A stretch of 64,000 nucleotides of DNA from Thermodesulfobacteriota bacterium. Lineage in GTDB: Bacteria > Desulfobacterota_D > UBA1144 > Nemesobacterales > UBA2774. The stretch spans positions 896,001 to 960,000 of the forward strand of contig OZ244197.1 in the NCBI GenBank assembly GCA_965216785.1, in the 5' to 3' direction. A model generated the notes under the pieces. It searched no databases. It was given only the letters and a program-made list of their open reading frames with translations, and was not told the origin of the DNA. Below, in pieces: positions 8,934 through 19,834 of the stretch (positions are counted from its first letter, which is position 1; each line of letters begins with the position of its first letter). The position numbers were made by a program, and so were the translations under genes.

Positions 8934-11002
8934 TTAACCGGGTATTCCTTATCGGATGCTCCCGGTGATGTGCTCGGGGCAGACTCTGCCGATGCGGGCC
9001 CATATATAGCTTTATATGCTCCGTAGCTGCGCAGAATCCTTCTTATATAATTCCTGGTTTCCCTGAAAGGAACTTCTTCGATGAACTCGTCTTTTTCGAG
9101 ACCGTAAAACCTCACTTTCCAATCCGCCGCCCTGTGAGGCCCCGCGTTGTAGCTTGCGAGCGCAAGCTCCACGTCCCCGTTAAATTTGTCGAGTACCTGC
9201 TTAAAATAGAAAATACCCATCTCAATGTTAATTCGGGGAATTGTTAGCATCTCCACTGTGAAACCGCTTATGCCGATCTGTCTTGCCACGGATCTAGCAG
9301 TCGGTGGTATCAGCTGCATAAGTCCCACGGCGTCAGCCGGAGAGACCACGTCTTTTTGGAAGCGGCTCTCCTCTCTCATAATAGAATAAACCAATAGCTC
9401 GTCCACCCCGTATTTTTTGGCATAGGCCCGCACAATGTCCTTATACCCCCTGGGGAATGAGAGCGTGTTCGCCTGTGGGAGCCCGATTCCCTGAGCGACT
9501 TTTATCGAGTTATTGAAGTCGTCCACCTTAGAGTAAAGGAGACTGACCACAACGAAATCCTCCTGTGTGCTCGCCTCCTCCTGCATCTTCTCGGTTTCGA
9601 GCCTCGCCTCATCGAGCATTCCGAGCCTGATCAGGAGCATCGTCTTTTCTTTCCTTGTGTTTGTGGTTGAGCTAAGCGGTAAAGATTCTGGGTTCATATT
9701 CCGATAATTCGGCCTCGTACCGGTTTTCTGCTGAGCCAGATAGCTGTGATACGTGGGTGTGGTGAGTGCGGCAAGTGCTGTGTATTCGGCCTGCGCTTCA
9801 GTTGTCTTTCCCTGCTTCTCGAGCGTTCTTGCTTTCCAATAGCGGGCGTTAGACGCATTAAATGTAGAGCTTGAGTCTGTAAACGCCGAGAATGTGCCAA
9901 GCGCCTCTCTGTACATACCCTTCCTGTAGTAAATCCAGCCCAGATACCAAGCGCCGTCCTCAGCATATTTATTCTTAGGGTACGTCCTTATCAGCTCGTC
10001 GTATATTTTCACCGCTCGATCCGTGTTGCCGTTTATCTGATACAGTCTCGCGGCGTTGTAGAGCCCTTCCGCCGCAAGCTCGCTTGAGGGGTATTGCACG
10101 TGTATTTGGTAATAGAGTTCTGAAGCCTGGGAATCAAGCCCCTGTTTGGATTTTAATTTTCCTCTCCAGAAAAGTGATTCCGGGGAATTTATACCCCTTA
10201 GCATATTTTCAGCTTCGTTAAGTCTTTTGGTATTGACCATGGCAATACCCATTTTTGTTCTAATGTCCGCAGATTTTGAGGGTACCTTGTCGTAATTGTT
10301 CAGTGCGGCATTCCATCTTGAGCGACTGAAAAGAGTGTTGGCCCTCTGATAATAATCAGACTCTGTTGCCATCCATGCAACCCCCTGAGTCCGGCTCAGG
10401 TTCCCGGAGGCTCTATAAGAGTCGCTCGATGCCTTCGTTTCCGGATATTCTACCCATACCCTCTTATAAATTGCCGAGGCGTCACGGTATTTCCCCTGCT
10501 TTTCCAGTGCGTTGCCGAGACTGTAGAGATACAATGCCTTTTTATGTCTTTTACTCTCCTCACTGTAAAGCGCACGGAAAGTTCTCTCCGCGTTTCCGTA
10601 ATCTCCCGTTTCTGTGTAGATATTCCCGAGTCGCTCAAGGGTTTTTTTATTTACCCCGCTTCCCGGATATTGGGTCAGCACTTTATTGAACGCGGCCGAT
10701 GCGTTGCCAAAATCCCCCATGTTCTGATACCCCGCTCCCTGATAATACAAAATGTAGTCGGCCACAAGCGGAAGCTCGTTCTCGACTCCGTTAAGTCTTG
10801 CGACGCCCTCCTCAAATTTCCCCAATTTTATGAAGCAGTAGCCTTTTTTGAATTTGTCTAAAGGATCTTCAGTCGCCTGAAGATATATCTCGGACTGACA
10901 GTTAATCTGCGCCCCGGCCTCAGACGAATAGGCGCTTATTAACAGGAGTAACAGTATTAATGTCCCTTTTATTGATGGTTCTAAGCTATGCTTCTCTTTC
11001 AT
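8930..11002 (-). CDS. soluble lytic murein transglycosylase (Slt domain) with TPR repeats
   Basis: REESRF, AVGLMQLIP, ASYNAGP and ETRNYI; N-terminal signal peptide and TPRs; GGAGG RBS before ATG 11002. Confidence 0.9.
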   Translation of the reverse strand: MKEKHSLEPSIKGTLILLLLLISAYSSEAGAQINCQSEIYLQATEDPLDKFKKGYCFIKLGKFEEGVARLNGVENELPLVADYILYYQGAGYQNMGDFGNASAAFNKVLTQYPGSGVNKKTLERLGNIYTETGDYGNAERTFRALYSEESKRHKKALYLYSLGNALEKQGKYRDASAIYKRVWVEYPETKASSDSYRASGNLSRTQGVAWMATESDYYQRANTLFSRSRWNAALNNYDKVPSKSADIRTKMGIAMVNTKRLNEAENMLRGINSPESLFWRGKLKSKQGLDSQASELYYQIHVQYPSSELAAEGLYNAARLYQINGNTDRAVKIYDELIRTYPKNKYAEDGAWYLGWIYYRKGMYREALGTFSAFTDSSSTFNASNARYWKARTLEKQGKTTEAQAEYTALAALTTPTYHSYLAQQKTGTRPNYRNMNPESLPLSSTTNTRKEKTMLLIRLGMLDEARLETEKMQEEASTQEDFVVVSLLYSKVDDFNNSIKVAQGIGLPQANTLSFPRGYKDIVRAYAKKYGVDELLVYSIMREESRFQKDVVSPADAVGLMQLIPPTARSVARQIGISGFTVEMLTIPRINIEMGIFYFKQVLDKFNGDVELALASYNAGPHRAADWKVRFYGLEKDEFIEEVPFRETRNYIRRILRSYGAYKAIYGPASAESAPSTSPGASDKEYPVN

Positions 11003-11018
11003 ATTCTTGCCTCCCTTT

Positions 11019-11852
11019 TTAATTTTGCCTCCTGTTTTGCGGGTCAAGCAAATCCCTTAGTCCTTCTCCGAAAAGATTAAAAGAAAAAGCGGTAATGAAT
11101 ATTGCCAGGCTCGGAAATACTATCAGGTGCGGAAACGTCCTCATGCCCTGCCAACCGGTACTTGCCAACGTGCCCCAGCTCGATTCGGGGGGCGCGATCC
11201 CAAGGCCCAGGAAACTCAGAGTCGATTCAGCCAGTATAGCGTACGGCACTGAAAATGTAAGCGTTATTATTAGCGGGCTTAGTATATTGGGGATTATATG
11301 TACGCCCAGAATTCTTGAAGGACTTGCGCCGAGCCCCCTCGCCGACTGTACAAAATCCACCCCTTTTAGCTGCAGCACGCTTGCCCTTACTATCCTCGCG
11401 ACGCGCATCCACGCGGTCAGCCCGAGCGCCAGCACTATGCCCAGCACTCCCCTGCCGATAATCAGCGTTATCAGCACTATGAGCAGTAAATCGGGGAGCG
11501 AATAAAATATATCGACGAGCCTCATCATCACCTCGTCCACCTTTCCGCCCAGATACCCGGAAATCGCTCCGTAGAGTGTTCCGATAATAAGCGCAATAAG
11601 CGCCGTCCCGAGCGCTACGGTAATAGACACTCTCGAGCCGTAAATAACCCGGCTGAGCAAGTCCCGTCCCTCTTGGTCTGTACCCATAAGGTTCTCGGAA
11701 CTGGGCTTACTGAGAGCGTTCTTAAAATCCGTCTTGTCGTAACTATAAGGCGCAACCAGGGGTGCAGCTATAGCTATAGCGATGATTAAGATAATAATAG
11801 CTGCCGTAATTACTATCTGAGCCTTTAGAAGCAAGTCAGCTTTCCTTTTCAA
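11019..11852 (-). CDS. oligopeptide ABC transporter permease (OppC/DppC family)
   Basis: GTDQEGRDLLSRVIYG, EAA-like loop FVQSARGLGAS and LSFLGLG. Confidence 0.9.
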   Translation of the reverse strand: MKRKADLLLKAQIVITAAIIILIIAIAIAAPLVAPYSYDKTDFKNALSKPSSENLMGTDQEGRDLLSRVIYGSRVSITVALGTALIALIIGTLYGAISGYLGGKVDEVMMRLVDIFYSLPDLLLIVLITLIIGRGVLGIVLALGLTAWMRVARIVRASVLQLKGVDFVQSARGLGASPSRILGVHIIPNILSPLIITLTFSVPYAILAESTLSFLGLGIAPPESSWGTLASTGWQGMRTFPHLIVFPSLAIFITAFSFNLFGEGLRDLLDPQNRRQN

Positions 11853-11920
11853 TTAGGCTTTGTGGAACCGCACGTTACAAAAGAATAAATGAAAATTTAC
11901 TTAAGTTCGACAGATTTAAG

Positions 11921-12316
11921 CTAAAAACCGGCTTTTCCTTCGCCTTCTCTGTAATAAGTTGCTTTGACTACGGTTTTTATGCCGCCCCTGACGTTAAAAT
12001 CGCCCGTGACCTCGGCCTTAATTGGCCTGCAGGCCTCGACAATATCATCAAGAATTTTATTGGTCACGTGCTCGTGGAACGCGCCTTCGTTACGGTACGC
12101 GTATATATATAGCTTTAGAGACTTAAGCTCAATGCAAAGCTCCCCCGGCACGTACTTAAGATGGATAGTCGCAAAGTCAGGCTGACCCGTCTTGGGGCAA
12201 ACGCAGGTAAATTCAGGGCACGAAATATCTATCTCATATTCTCTATCCGGATATTGGTTCTTAAACGTTTCGAGTATTCCGGCTTGTTTATCCATGTCTC
12301 GTTTTAGTTTAGCCAA
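11921..12316 (-). CDS. queF: NADPH-dependent 7-cyano-7-deazaguanine reductase
   Basis: [24 protein letters not shown] and FNVRGGI. Confidence 0.95.
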   Translation of the reverse strand: MAKLKRDMDKQAGILETFKNQYPDREYEIDISCPEFTCVCPKTGQPDFATIHLKYVPGELCIELKSLKLYIYAYRNEGAFHEHVTNKILDDIVEACRPIKAEVTGDFNVRGGIKTVVKATYYREGEGKAGF

Positions 12317-12378
12317 TAAGGGATAGCTATCAAGTACTTGACTGACGGGGGTTTATTATAAATACTAAATCCCTCTAC

Positions 12379-12452
12379 TGGGGCATAGTATAATGGCAGT
12401 ACGTCGGTCTCTGGAACCGAAAGTCAAGGTTCGAATCCTTGTGCCCCAGCCA
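12379..12452 (+). tRNA. tRNA-Gln (CTG)
   Basis: Cloverleaf; anticodon arm TCGGT-CT[CTG]GA-ACCGA; GGTTCGAATCC T-arm; encoded CCA. Confidence 0.95.
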
Positions 12453-12487
12453 CCTACTCTTGTTTTCAAAATCAGGAGGAAATATAC

Positions 12488-12778
12488 ATGAGCACAGTTC
12501 TTATAGTAGACGCGAAGTTAAAGCCGGAGAGTATTTCAGACGCGGTGAAGTTTTTTGCCGAAATTGTTCCGGACACCAGAGCCTTCGATGGTTGTCAGGG
12601 TGTTGAGGTTTGCATCGATTCAGAAGATGCGGCTAACTTAGTGCTGGTTGAGAAGTGGGTCTCTATGGACCACTATCATAAGTACCACCACTGGCGTGAA
12701 GAAACAGGAGTGCTCGATCAGATACGCGCCTATCTCGACGGGCCCCCCAGCAGACGTGTTCTAAACGTTGCCGCTTAA
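12488..12778 (+). CDS. antibiotic biosynthesis monooxygenase (ABM) domain protein
   Basis: DTRAFDGC..LVEKW..H pattern; AGGAGG RBS. Confidence 0.8.
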   Translation: MSTVLIVDAKLKPESISDAVKFFAEIVPDTRAFDGCQGVEVCIDSEDAANLVLVEKWVSMDHYHKYHHWREETGVLDQIRAYLDGPPSRRVLNVAA

Positions 12779-12786
12779 GCTCTCTA

Positions 12787-13170
12787 TCAATTGGTTACGA
12801 TGGGGCTGTAACTCTTTAGGTTTTCTTCGCTTTCAAAGTAATAAATACTTCCGTCGGATGCGGCTCCGATCACTGCCTCTGATTTATCTACTTTGTTCCC
12901 GCTCACAGGGTCTGTGGCAACGCGGCTTTCGGGGTTGTCCTTCAATTTCGCTTCGCACATCTCACAGCATCCGTAGTATGTCTTACCTTCAAGATCAACA
13001 GGTATCTGGTCTTTTACAAACAGCTGGTTTGTAATCATACAAACCTTTTTACCCTCTACTTCTTTGAGGGAGCTCTCGGGAGATTCATCCGCAATCGCGC
13101 TTCCTGTCATAAATAACGCTAGAGCGATAAAGCTCAGTACAAATAGTTTTAGTGTATTGGATTTTTGCAT
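12787..13170 (-). CDS. secreted TRASH/YHS-domain protein, possibly metal binding
   Basis: Signal peptide; VCMITN, GKTYYGCCEMC, DPVSG and YYFESEEN. Confidence 0.75.
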   Translation of the reverse strand: MQKSNTLKLFVLSFIALALFMTGSAIADESPESSLKEVEGKKVCMITNQLFVKDQIPVDLEGKTYYGCCEMCEAKLKDNPESRVATDPVSGNKVDKSEAVIGAASDGSIYYFESEENLKSYSPIVTN

Positions 13171-13263
13171 ATACAATCGCCTCCTTATGAATATATAAAT
13201 CTTAAATGTGTTTTCCCCGTAATCAAGTTCTTTTTAACAAACAAGGGCTTATTTTAACAGTTC

Positions 13264-14169
13264 TTAAATAGATTCAATTCTGACGTTCATTCGCACTCTG
13301 TGTTCTTCTCCGGGCAGGATTGTAACCGTATCTTCATCGACATTTGCCGTTTCTATACATACGAAGTTTTTGTATTCCTCTTCGCCCAGGTCCTTCATTT
13401 CCCGTGACTTTTTCTCCCAGGGGTTCCAGACTACGGTTGAGCTGCTGCCCGATTTTTTTATATGCAAAGACCTCTTGAGGCCCGGGTCTTCTATCACGCA
13501 GTCACTTTGGGTATTTAGATATATCCTGTCAGTTTCACTCACAACACTAAGCGGTCCTTCTTGCCTCTTCGTCGCAAAGTCGTCCACTTTATCTACGTAG
13601 GCAGTGTCCTCAAGACCGCGTATCGAGATATCTGAAATATCGTGCACTCTATAATAGCTGTGAAACGCGCTCGATATAGTAAATTCAGAGCTGCCTATAT
13701 TTATAGTTCTGAGCTCGATATTTAGCTGGCTTCCAATAGTAAATATAAGCTTCAGATAGAATTTGTGTTCAAAGAGCTTAAGGGTATCGTTACTGTTCGT
13801 CAGACCGAGCCTGATCTCGGTTTCACTGTCCGAGGGCTTCTTTGTCTCTCTTACGTGCCACTCTGAAGTCCTTGCAAAGCCATGCGCGGGCATAGACTTA
13901 TCGGTAGGGTGGTTCGCAAACCACGGCCAGCTTATTGGTATACCTCCTCTTATCGCTGCCCCGGGCTCAAAACAACTGCGCGGGCTAAGATAAATAACCT
14001 CCTCCCGCCCTAGTGGTTTAAAAGAGGTTAACTGCGCGCCGTGTAAAAATACCTCAGCCGATGCGCTTTCATTATTTATCTCTGCAACTATAAGCCCGCC
14101 CGGCCCTTCTTTGAACTCCAATTGCCCATTGATGGCAAATTCCTTATTGAGCTTATCCAAACTTTGCAT
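13264..14169 (-). CDS. D-hexose-6-phosphate mutarotase (aldose 1-epimerase family)
   Basis: AIRGGIPISWPWF, HGFAR, FHSYY, VVWNPW and FVCIE. Confidence 0.9.
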   Translation of the reverse strand: MQSLDKLNKEFAINGQLEFKEGPGGLIVAEINNESASAEVFLHGAQLTSFKPLGREEVIYLSPRSCFEPGAAIRGGIPISWPWFANHPTDKSMPAHGFARTSEWHVRETKKPSDSETEIRLGLTNSNDTLKLFEHKFYLKLIFTIGSQLNIELRTINIGSSEFTISSAFHSYYRVHDISDISIRGLEDTAYVDKVDDFATKRQEGPLSVVSETDRIYLNTQSDCVIEDPGLKRSLHIKKSGSSSTVVWNPWEKKSREMKDLGEEEYKNFVCIETANVDEDTVTILPGEEHRVRMNVRIESI

Positions 14170-14332
14170 GCATGCTCTCCAATCTACGTCTTTACTTAGA
14201 GTATTTAAATTACTCAAGCCCCATTCTATTGTCCATCGGGCCATCTTTTGAACTTTATCTAAAAAAGTAGTAGTATCTCAACAGTAAATATGGTGATTAC
14301 TCATATATACCCAAAGTTAGGAGGATAAAGTT

Positions 14333-14590
14333 ATGGAAATCATTTCCTGGATTATTTTCGGTTTGGTTGCAGGCGCTGTCGCAAAGTTTTTAATGCCCGG
14401 GAGAGACCCCGGAGGGTTTATCGGTACTATAGTCATTGGCGTAGTAGGCGCCTTTGTCGGCGGTTTGATAGCCAATATGACAGGATTCGGAGCAGTGAGT
14501 CCGGGTTTTAACCTGAGGAGCTTCATTTTCGCCGTAATCGGCTCAATAATACTCCTTTTCGTTTATAGGCTGGTTAAAGGAAAATCGTAA
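14333..14590 (+). CDS. GlsB/YeaQ/YmgE transglycosylase-associated membrane protein
   Basis: WIIFGLVAGAVAKFLMPGRDPGG. Confidence 0.9.
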   Translation: MEIISWIIFGLVAGAVAKFLMPGRDPGGFIGTIVIGVVGAFVGGLIANMTGFGAVSPGFNLRSFIFAVIGSIILLFVYRLVKGKS

Positions 14591-14626
14591 TTAGTTTCTA
14601 CTTTGTACCTATAGCAGAAAAGTTAT

Positions 14627-15385
14627 ATGCCTAGACTAAACCGGATAACGGAATTTCTGGACAAATACCTCGCAATCGATGACATCGACGACACGTGCTG
14701 GAACGGCCTTCAGTTTGAAGGCAGGTCCGAGGTAAAGAAGATAGCATGCGCAGTAGATGCGGGGGTTGAGTCATTCGAATGCGCAGTTAAAGAGAATGCC
14801 GATATGTTAATCGTTCACCACGGGCATTTCTGGAGCAATCATGACCCATCCATTAGAGGATGGACCAAAGATAGGATTGACCACCTTTACGAAAACGGAC
14901 TTTCTCTATACGCATGCCACCTGCCGCTTGACCGGCATAGGGAGGTTGGGAATAACTCTGAGCTCCTTAAGTTGCTGGGTGCCAAAATTGTGGACGGGTT
15001 TCTTATGCAAAACGGTAAAAATATAGGATGGACTGGTAATTTTAAGGAAGCTGTGCCGGTCCTGGATATAGTCAGAAAACTGAACTCAGAGCTCAAAACA
15101 CAGTGCGTGTTTCTTCCTTTCGGTAATAAAAAAGTTAAATCTCTGGCAGTATGCAGCGGTGGCGGCGGTTACGGGGGGTTTTATGAAGCGCTTCGGGCCG
15201 GAGTGGATTTATTCCTCACCGGGGACGCGGTTGAAATTTACTACACCGCTAAAGACTCGGGTATGAACGTCATTTTCGCAGGGCACCACGCAACCGAAAC
15301 AGTAGGTCTAAAAGCCCTATCCAAAGTGCTCAGGAAGCGTTTTAAGGTAGAAACCGTTTTCATTGATCTGCCCACAGGGTTGTAG
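14627..15385 (+). CDS. Nif3-like dinuclear metal-centre protein (YbgI family)
   Basis: NGLQFEG, VHHG, HLPLDRH and AGHHATE. Confidence 0.92.
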   Translation: MPRLNRITEFLDKYLAIDDIDDTCWNGLQFEGRSEVKKIACAVDAGVESFECAVKENADMLIVHHGHFWSNHDPSIRGWTKDRIDHLYENGLSLYACHLPLDRHREVGNNSELLKLLGAKIVDGFLMQNGKNIGWTGNFKEAVPVLDIVRKLNSELKTQCVFLPFGNKKVKSLAVCSGGGGYGGFYEALRAGVDLFLTGDAVEIYYTAKDSGMNVIFAGHHATETVGLKALSKVLRKRFKVETVFIDLPTGL

Positions 15386-15488
15386 AAATTACTCGCCGCC
15401 TCTACAACGCATGTAATACCCCGTAAACAATTGACAAAACCTATAGCTACTCTTAGACTATCTGATTAACCAAGCGGAGGCGTAAGAA

Positions 15489-17039
15489 ATGAGCAGCGAC
15501 AACGTTGTAAAGATATTTGATACCACTTTAAGAGACGGAGAGCAGGCCCCGGGCTGCGGGATGACCGCGGAAGAAAAGCTCAGGGTAGCGCACCAGCTCG
15601 AAAAGCTAGGAGTCGATATCATCGAGGCCGGTTTCCCGATCTCCTCGGAAGGGGATTTCCAATCCGTTAAGATCATCGCGGATACCATCCGCGGGTGCGA
15701 GATCGCGGGTTTATGCCGCGCCAATTATAACGATATAGACAGGGGCTGGGAAGCGGTGAAAGGGGCCGAGATGCCGAGGATTCACACCTTTATCGCTACC
15801 TCCGACATACATCTTCAGCATAAGCTGAAAAAATCAAAAGATGAAGTGCTCGAGATCATTAGCGGCGCCGTAAAGCACGCGCGTAACTACACGGAAAATG
15901 TCGAGTTCTCTTGTGAGGACGCAACCAGGACAGATCTTGACTATCTTTGCCAGGCCGTAGAGCTTGCTGTGAGAGCAGGGGCCTCTACTATAAATATCCC
16001 GGACACCGTGGGCTACACTGTGCCCGAGGAATTTGTTCACATCATCAGAACCCTTAAAGAGAGAGTTAAGGATATAGATAAAGTCACATTAAGCGTGCAT
16101 TGCCATAACGACTTGGGTCTTGCAGTAGCGAACTCGCTTGCCGCGATAACTGAGGGCGCAAGACAAGTCGAGTGTACTATTAACGGGCTCGGAGAAAGGG
16201 CGGGCAACGCTTCCCTTGAAGAGATTGTAATGGCGCTTAAGGTCAGAAACGACATGAACCCCTATACCACGAGGCTATCGACCGAGCAGCTTTACCCTTC
16301 CAGTAGAATAGTTTCACAGGTAACGGGCATAAACGTCCAGCCCAATAAAGCCATTGTCGGTGCAAACGCCTTTGCGCATGAAGCTGGCATCCATCAGGAC
16401 GGAGTGCTAAAGGAAAGAATCACCTACGAGATAATGAGCCCCGAAGAAGTGGGCATACCATCAAACAAAATTGTGCTCGGAAAACACTCCGGGCGGCACG
16501 CCTTCAGGACCAGGCTCGAAGAGTACGGGTATTTCCTTGAAGACGAACCTTTTAAAAACGCGTTTAAAAAGTTTAAGGATCTTGCGGACAAGAAAAAGTA
16601 CGTATTCGATGAGGATATAGAAGCCCTCATAAGTGAGGAATTCGTTCGCTCATCCGATTTCTACGAACTTGTTTCGGCAAACTACTCCGGAGGCTCGGAC
16701 ATGCACCCGGTGGCAACTGTAAAGCTCCGTGTGGACGGTGAGGAGTTTACGCTTTCTGAGAGCGGTGACGGTCCTGTTGACGCCGCCTACCAGGCGGTTT
16801 CAAAGCTTACCGGTCTTAACCCGACGCTTGAGCACTACATCGTAGCATCCATTACCGAAGGCATCGATGCGCAGGGTGAAGTGAGCGTAAGGGTCGAGGA
16901 CGAAGGTGTCATAACTCAGGGGCAGGGCGCAGATACCGACATCGTCGTCGCAAGCGTAAAAGCCTATGTAAACGCTTTGAATAAGCTCAGGTGGCGTAAA
17001 GAGCACCCCAAACGCGTAACTTCCAGGGGCATGATGTAA
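15489..17039 (+). CDS. leuA: 2-isopropylmalate synthase
   Basis: DTTLRDGEQ, HCHNDLG, GERAGNA, HEAGIHQDG and C-terminal regulatory domain. Confidence 0.97.
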   Translation: MSSDNVVKIFDTTLRDGEQAPGCGMTAEEKLRVAHQLEKLGVDIIEAGFPISSEGDFQSVKIIADTIRGCEIAGLCRANYNDIDRGWEAVKGAEMPRIHTFIATSDIHLQHKLKKSKDEVLEIISGAVKHARNYTENVEFSCEDATRTDLDYLCQAVELAVRAGASTINIPDTVGYTVPEEFVHIIRTLKERVKDIDKVTLSVHCHNDLGLAVANSLAAITEGARQVECTINGLGERAGNASLEEIVMALKVRNDMNPYTTRLSTEQLYPSSRIVSQVTGINVQPNKAIVGANAFAHEAGIHQDGVLKERITYEIMSPEEVGIPSNKIVLGKHSGRHAFRTRLEEYGYFLEDEPFKNAFKKFKDLADKKKYVFDEDIEALISEEFVRSSDFYELVSANYSGGSDMHPVATVKLRVDGEEFTLSESGDGPVDAAYQAVSKLTGLNPTLEHYIVASITEGIDAQGEVSVRVEDEGVITQGQGADTDIVVASVKAYVNALNKLRWRKEHPKRVTSRGMM

Positions 17040-17139
17040 GGCTTCTAAAAAACTTCACATCTTCATCCCATATGATGATATAATTCCTTTGTGATTGCAG
17101 CTGGATTACAACAAAATATCTGCATCATCATATAAAGAT

Positions 17140-18624
17140 ATGCCTTTTCCCACAGAAGACATAGAACAATTCGTTAGAGCCGGGTACCCGATACTGAACC
17201 TAGTTTCCTGGGAAGAGGAGCGGGTACAAAATAGCCTTAAATCAATCGGAGTCAAAGTCCACGGGGATAACTGCAAATTTTACGTGTGGTCTTGCACCGA
17301 GGGGGCCAATAACGGTCACGGCAGTGTAAATAAGGAAGACCTTGTTGTAGAAGCTCTTTCTAAGGTTGCGGAAGATACGGGCCCCGGGTTTTATATATTC
17401 AAGGATGTTCATTATTATCTCGGCGAGCCAAGGCTTATAAGAAAGCTCAAAGACCTATATCAGAGCCTAAGAAAAAGCTCAAAGACCCTATTTTTATTGT
17501 CAAACTCCGTATCGCTTCCAAACGAGCTGGAAAAAGAGGTATCGGTTATCGATGTCGACCTGCCTGACCGGCCCGAAACGGAAAAGATTTTCGATTTCGT
17601 CATTAAATCCTCTACGTCGGAAAGTATCCGCGAGTCGCTTAAACCCGGTATGCGCGAGGCCAGTATTAATGCTCTATTGGGTCTTGGGGCGCTCGAAATG
17701 GAGCTTGCTCTCCGTAGAGCGCTCGTAGGCAAAGAGAGCATGGATGAGGATACGATAGATGCCCTGCTCGAGGAAAAAGCCCAGCTCGTCAGAAAGACGG
17801 GTACTCTAGATTTTGTAAGGAGCCGTGTGGACATAGATGATGTCGGTGGGCTTGAGAACCTAAAAGAGTGGCTATACACAAGGCGTATGGCGTTTTCAAA
17901 GGAGGCCCAGGAGTTCGGACTCGACATTCCCAAAGGCGTGCTTCTCATGGGCATAAGCGGCTGCGGTAAAAGCCTCTGCGCAAAAGCCATCGCCACAGCG
18001 TGGAGTCTTCCTCTCCTCAGGCTCGATTTAAACCAGGTATACAGCGAAACGTTCGGAAGCCCTGAAGAGGCGTTTCGAAGAGCGATAAAAACAGTTGAGG
18101 CAACTGCGCCGTGTGTACTGTGGATCGATGAGATAGAGGCAGGTATCACGAGGAGCGGAGAGAAATCAGGGGACAGCCCCACATCGAGAATATTCGGGTA
18201 CTTCCTGACTTGGATGCAGGAAAAGAAATACCCTGTATTTATTACCGCCACCGCAAACCAAATCGATCTGCTTCCACCCGAGGTACTAAGGAAGGGCAGG
18301 TTCGATGAGATTTTCTTCGTCACACTACCGAACAGAAAGGAGCGAAGGGAGATTTTCAAGATTCACCTTGAGAGCCGCGGTAAGGACCCCGAGCACTTTG
18401 ATCTTGACTCACTGGCCAAAAATTCAGAAGGCTACAGCGGCGCGGAGATAGAGCAGGCCGTAGTATCAGCGCTCTTTGAATCCTTCTCGAATAAAAGAGA
18501 GCTAAACGACAGAGAGCTCATCATAGCCTCTTCGTCCATTGTTCCCCTATCCACCACTATGCGTGAGGAAATCTCCTCGCTTGAACGCTGGGCGTCCAAC
18601 AGAGCCGTCAAGGCTTCAAGGTAA
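17140..18624 (+). CDS. AAA+ ATPase, Ycf46-like
   Basis: VGGLENLKEWL, Walker A GISGCGKS, WIDEIE and LRKGRFDEIFF; start uncertain (17095 or 17140). Confidence 0.85.
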   Translation: MPFPTEDIEQFVRAGYPILNLVSWEEERVQNSLKSIGVKVHGDNCKFYVWSCTEGANNGHGSVNKEDLVVEALSKVAEDTGPGFYIFKDVHYYLGEPRLIRKLKDLYQSLRKSSKTLFLLSNSVSLPNELEKEVSVIDVDLPDRPETEKIFDFVIKSSTSESIRESLKPGMREASINALLGLGALEMELALRRALVGKESMDEDTIDALLEEKAQLVRKTGTLDFVRSRVDIDDVGGLENLKEWLYTRRMAFSKEAQEFGLDIPKGVLLMGISGCGKSLCAKAIATAWSLPLLRLDLNQVYSETFGSPEEAFRRAIKTVEATAPCVLWIDEIEAGITRSGEKSGDSPTSRIFGYFLTWMQEKKYPVFITATANQIDLLPPEVLRKGRFDEIFFVTLPNRKERREIFKIHLESRGKDPEHFDLDSLAKNSEGYSGAEIEQAVVSALFESFSNKRELNDRELIIASSSIVPLSTTMREEISSLERWASNRAVKASR

Positions 18625-18729
18625 GCTAATTTTTCTGCCCCGTTAAAGATTACCCGTTTTTATATTCGAACTAGCAGGTATTATTTTAATCATTCAGGAC
18701 CCGTCCTGATTCCTTGATTTATTCTCAGT

Positions 18730-18806
18730 GGGGATGTAGCTCAGCCTGGGAGAGCGCAGCGTTCGCAACGCTGAGGTCGGGGGTTCGATTCCCCTCATCT
18801 CCACCA
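18730..18806 (+). tRNA. tRNA-Ala (CGC)
   Basis: GGGGATG acceptor with G3:U70; anticodon arm CAGCG-TT[CGC]AA-CGCTG; encoded CCA. Confidence 0.95.
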
Positions 18807-18884
18807 GTTATAACAATTCACAAAACGATTTAAAATTTGTCCATCCGTGCTCTTCAATATAGTCTATAGAATAGGAGTTTAAAT

Positions 18885-19832
18885 ATGGAAAAGAGACGCT
18901 TAGGCAATACCGATTTACACGCTGCTCCACTTGTATTGGGAGGGAATGTGTTTGGTTGGACTATAGATGAACAACAGTCTTTTCGCATACTTGATGAATT
19001 TTTCGATTTAGGTTTTAACGCGATCGACTCTGCCGACGTCTACTCTCGCTGGGCAAAGGGAAACCAGGGCGGTGAGTCTGAGGAAATTATCGGCAAATGG
19101 ATGAAAGACAGGGGCAAACGGGATCAGACTCTGCTTATTACCAAAGTAGGGTGGGACATGGGCGGTGGCCATAATAACAGTAAGGACTATATTCTGGAAA
19201 TGGTAGACAATTCGCTGGCGAGGCTGCAAACAGACTATATTGACCTTTACTTTACACATATTGACGACGAAAAGACAGACGTCGAGGAGACACTTGAGGC
19301 CTACGATAGCCTAATAAAGTCAGGGAAAGTGAGGTGGATAGGTGCCTCAAACCTTTCTCATGAGAGACTGAAAGCATCGCTCCACGCAAGTGAGAGCAAG
19401 GGCCTGCCCAAATATCATGTATTTCAGCCAGAATACAATCTCTATAAGAGGCAGGGATTTGAAGAGGGCACCTCACCCGTGTGTGAAGAACACGGTTTGG
19501 GCGTTATTACGTATTTTTCCCTGGCGAGCGGTTTTCTTACAGGAAAATATAGAAGCGAAGAGGACCTCCGCAAAGGCCCGCGAGGAAGGATTGTAGAAAA
19601 ATACCTTAATGATCGGGGAAAGCGCATTTTAAAAGCATTGGATGAAATGTCTGAGAAGTATAATTCGACACATGCCGCGGTTTCTCTGGCCTGGCTGATA
19701 GCAAAACCAAATGTGACTGCGCCTATCGCAAGCGCGACCAAAGTGGAACACCTTCACTCCTTCACTGAGGCTGTGCGGATAAATCTTAGCGAAGAAGATG
19801 TTTCAAAGCTCGACGAAGCGTCAGCTTATTAA
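18885..19832 (+). CDS. aldo/keto reductase
   Basis: LGGNVFGW, IDSADVY, TKVG, LQTDYIDLY, IGASN and QPEYNL. Confidence 0.92.
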   Translation: MEKRRLGNTDLHAAPLVLGGNVFGWTIDEQQSFRILDEFFDLGFNAIDSADVYSRWAKGNQGGESEEIIGKWMKDRGKRDQTLLITKVGWDMGGGHNNSKDYILEMVDNSLARLQTDYIDLYFTHIDDEKTDVEETLEAYDSLIKSGKVRWIGASNLSHERLKASLHASESKGLPKYHVFQPEYNLYKRQGFEEGTSPVCEEHGLGVITYFSLASGFLTGKYRSEEDLRKGPRGRIVEKYLNDRGKRILKALDEMSEKYNSTHAAVSLAWLIAKPNVTAPIASATKVEHLHSFTEAVRINLSEEDVSKLDEASAY

Positions 19833-19834
19833 TC

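Noticed and set aside
12317-12378. Possible preQ1 riboswitch upstream of queF
   Set aside because: The gap is 62 bp, is occupied by divergent promoter elements for tRNA-Gln, and shows no preQ1 consensus
12453-14300. Possible islet at tRNA-Gln
   Set aside because: No duplicate of the tRNA-Gln 3' end found by eye
17460-18359. 299-aa antisense ORF
   Set aside because: Shadow of the AAA ATPase; Ser-rich with no motifs or RBS
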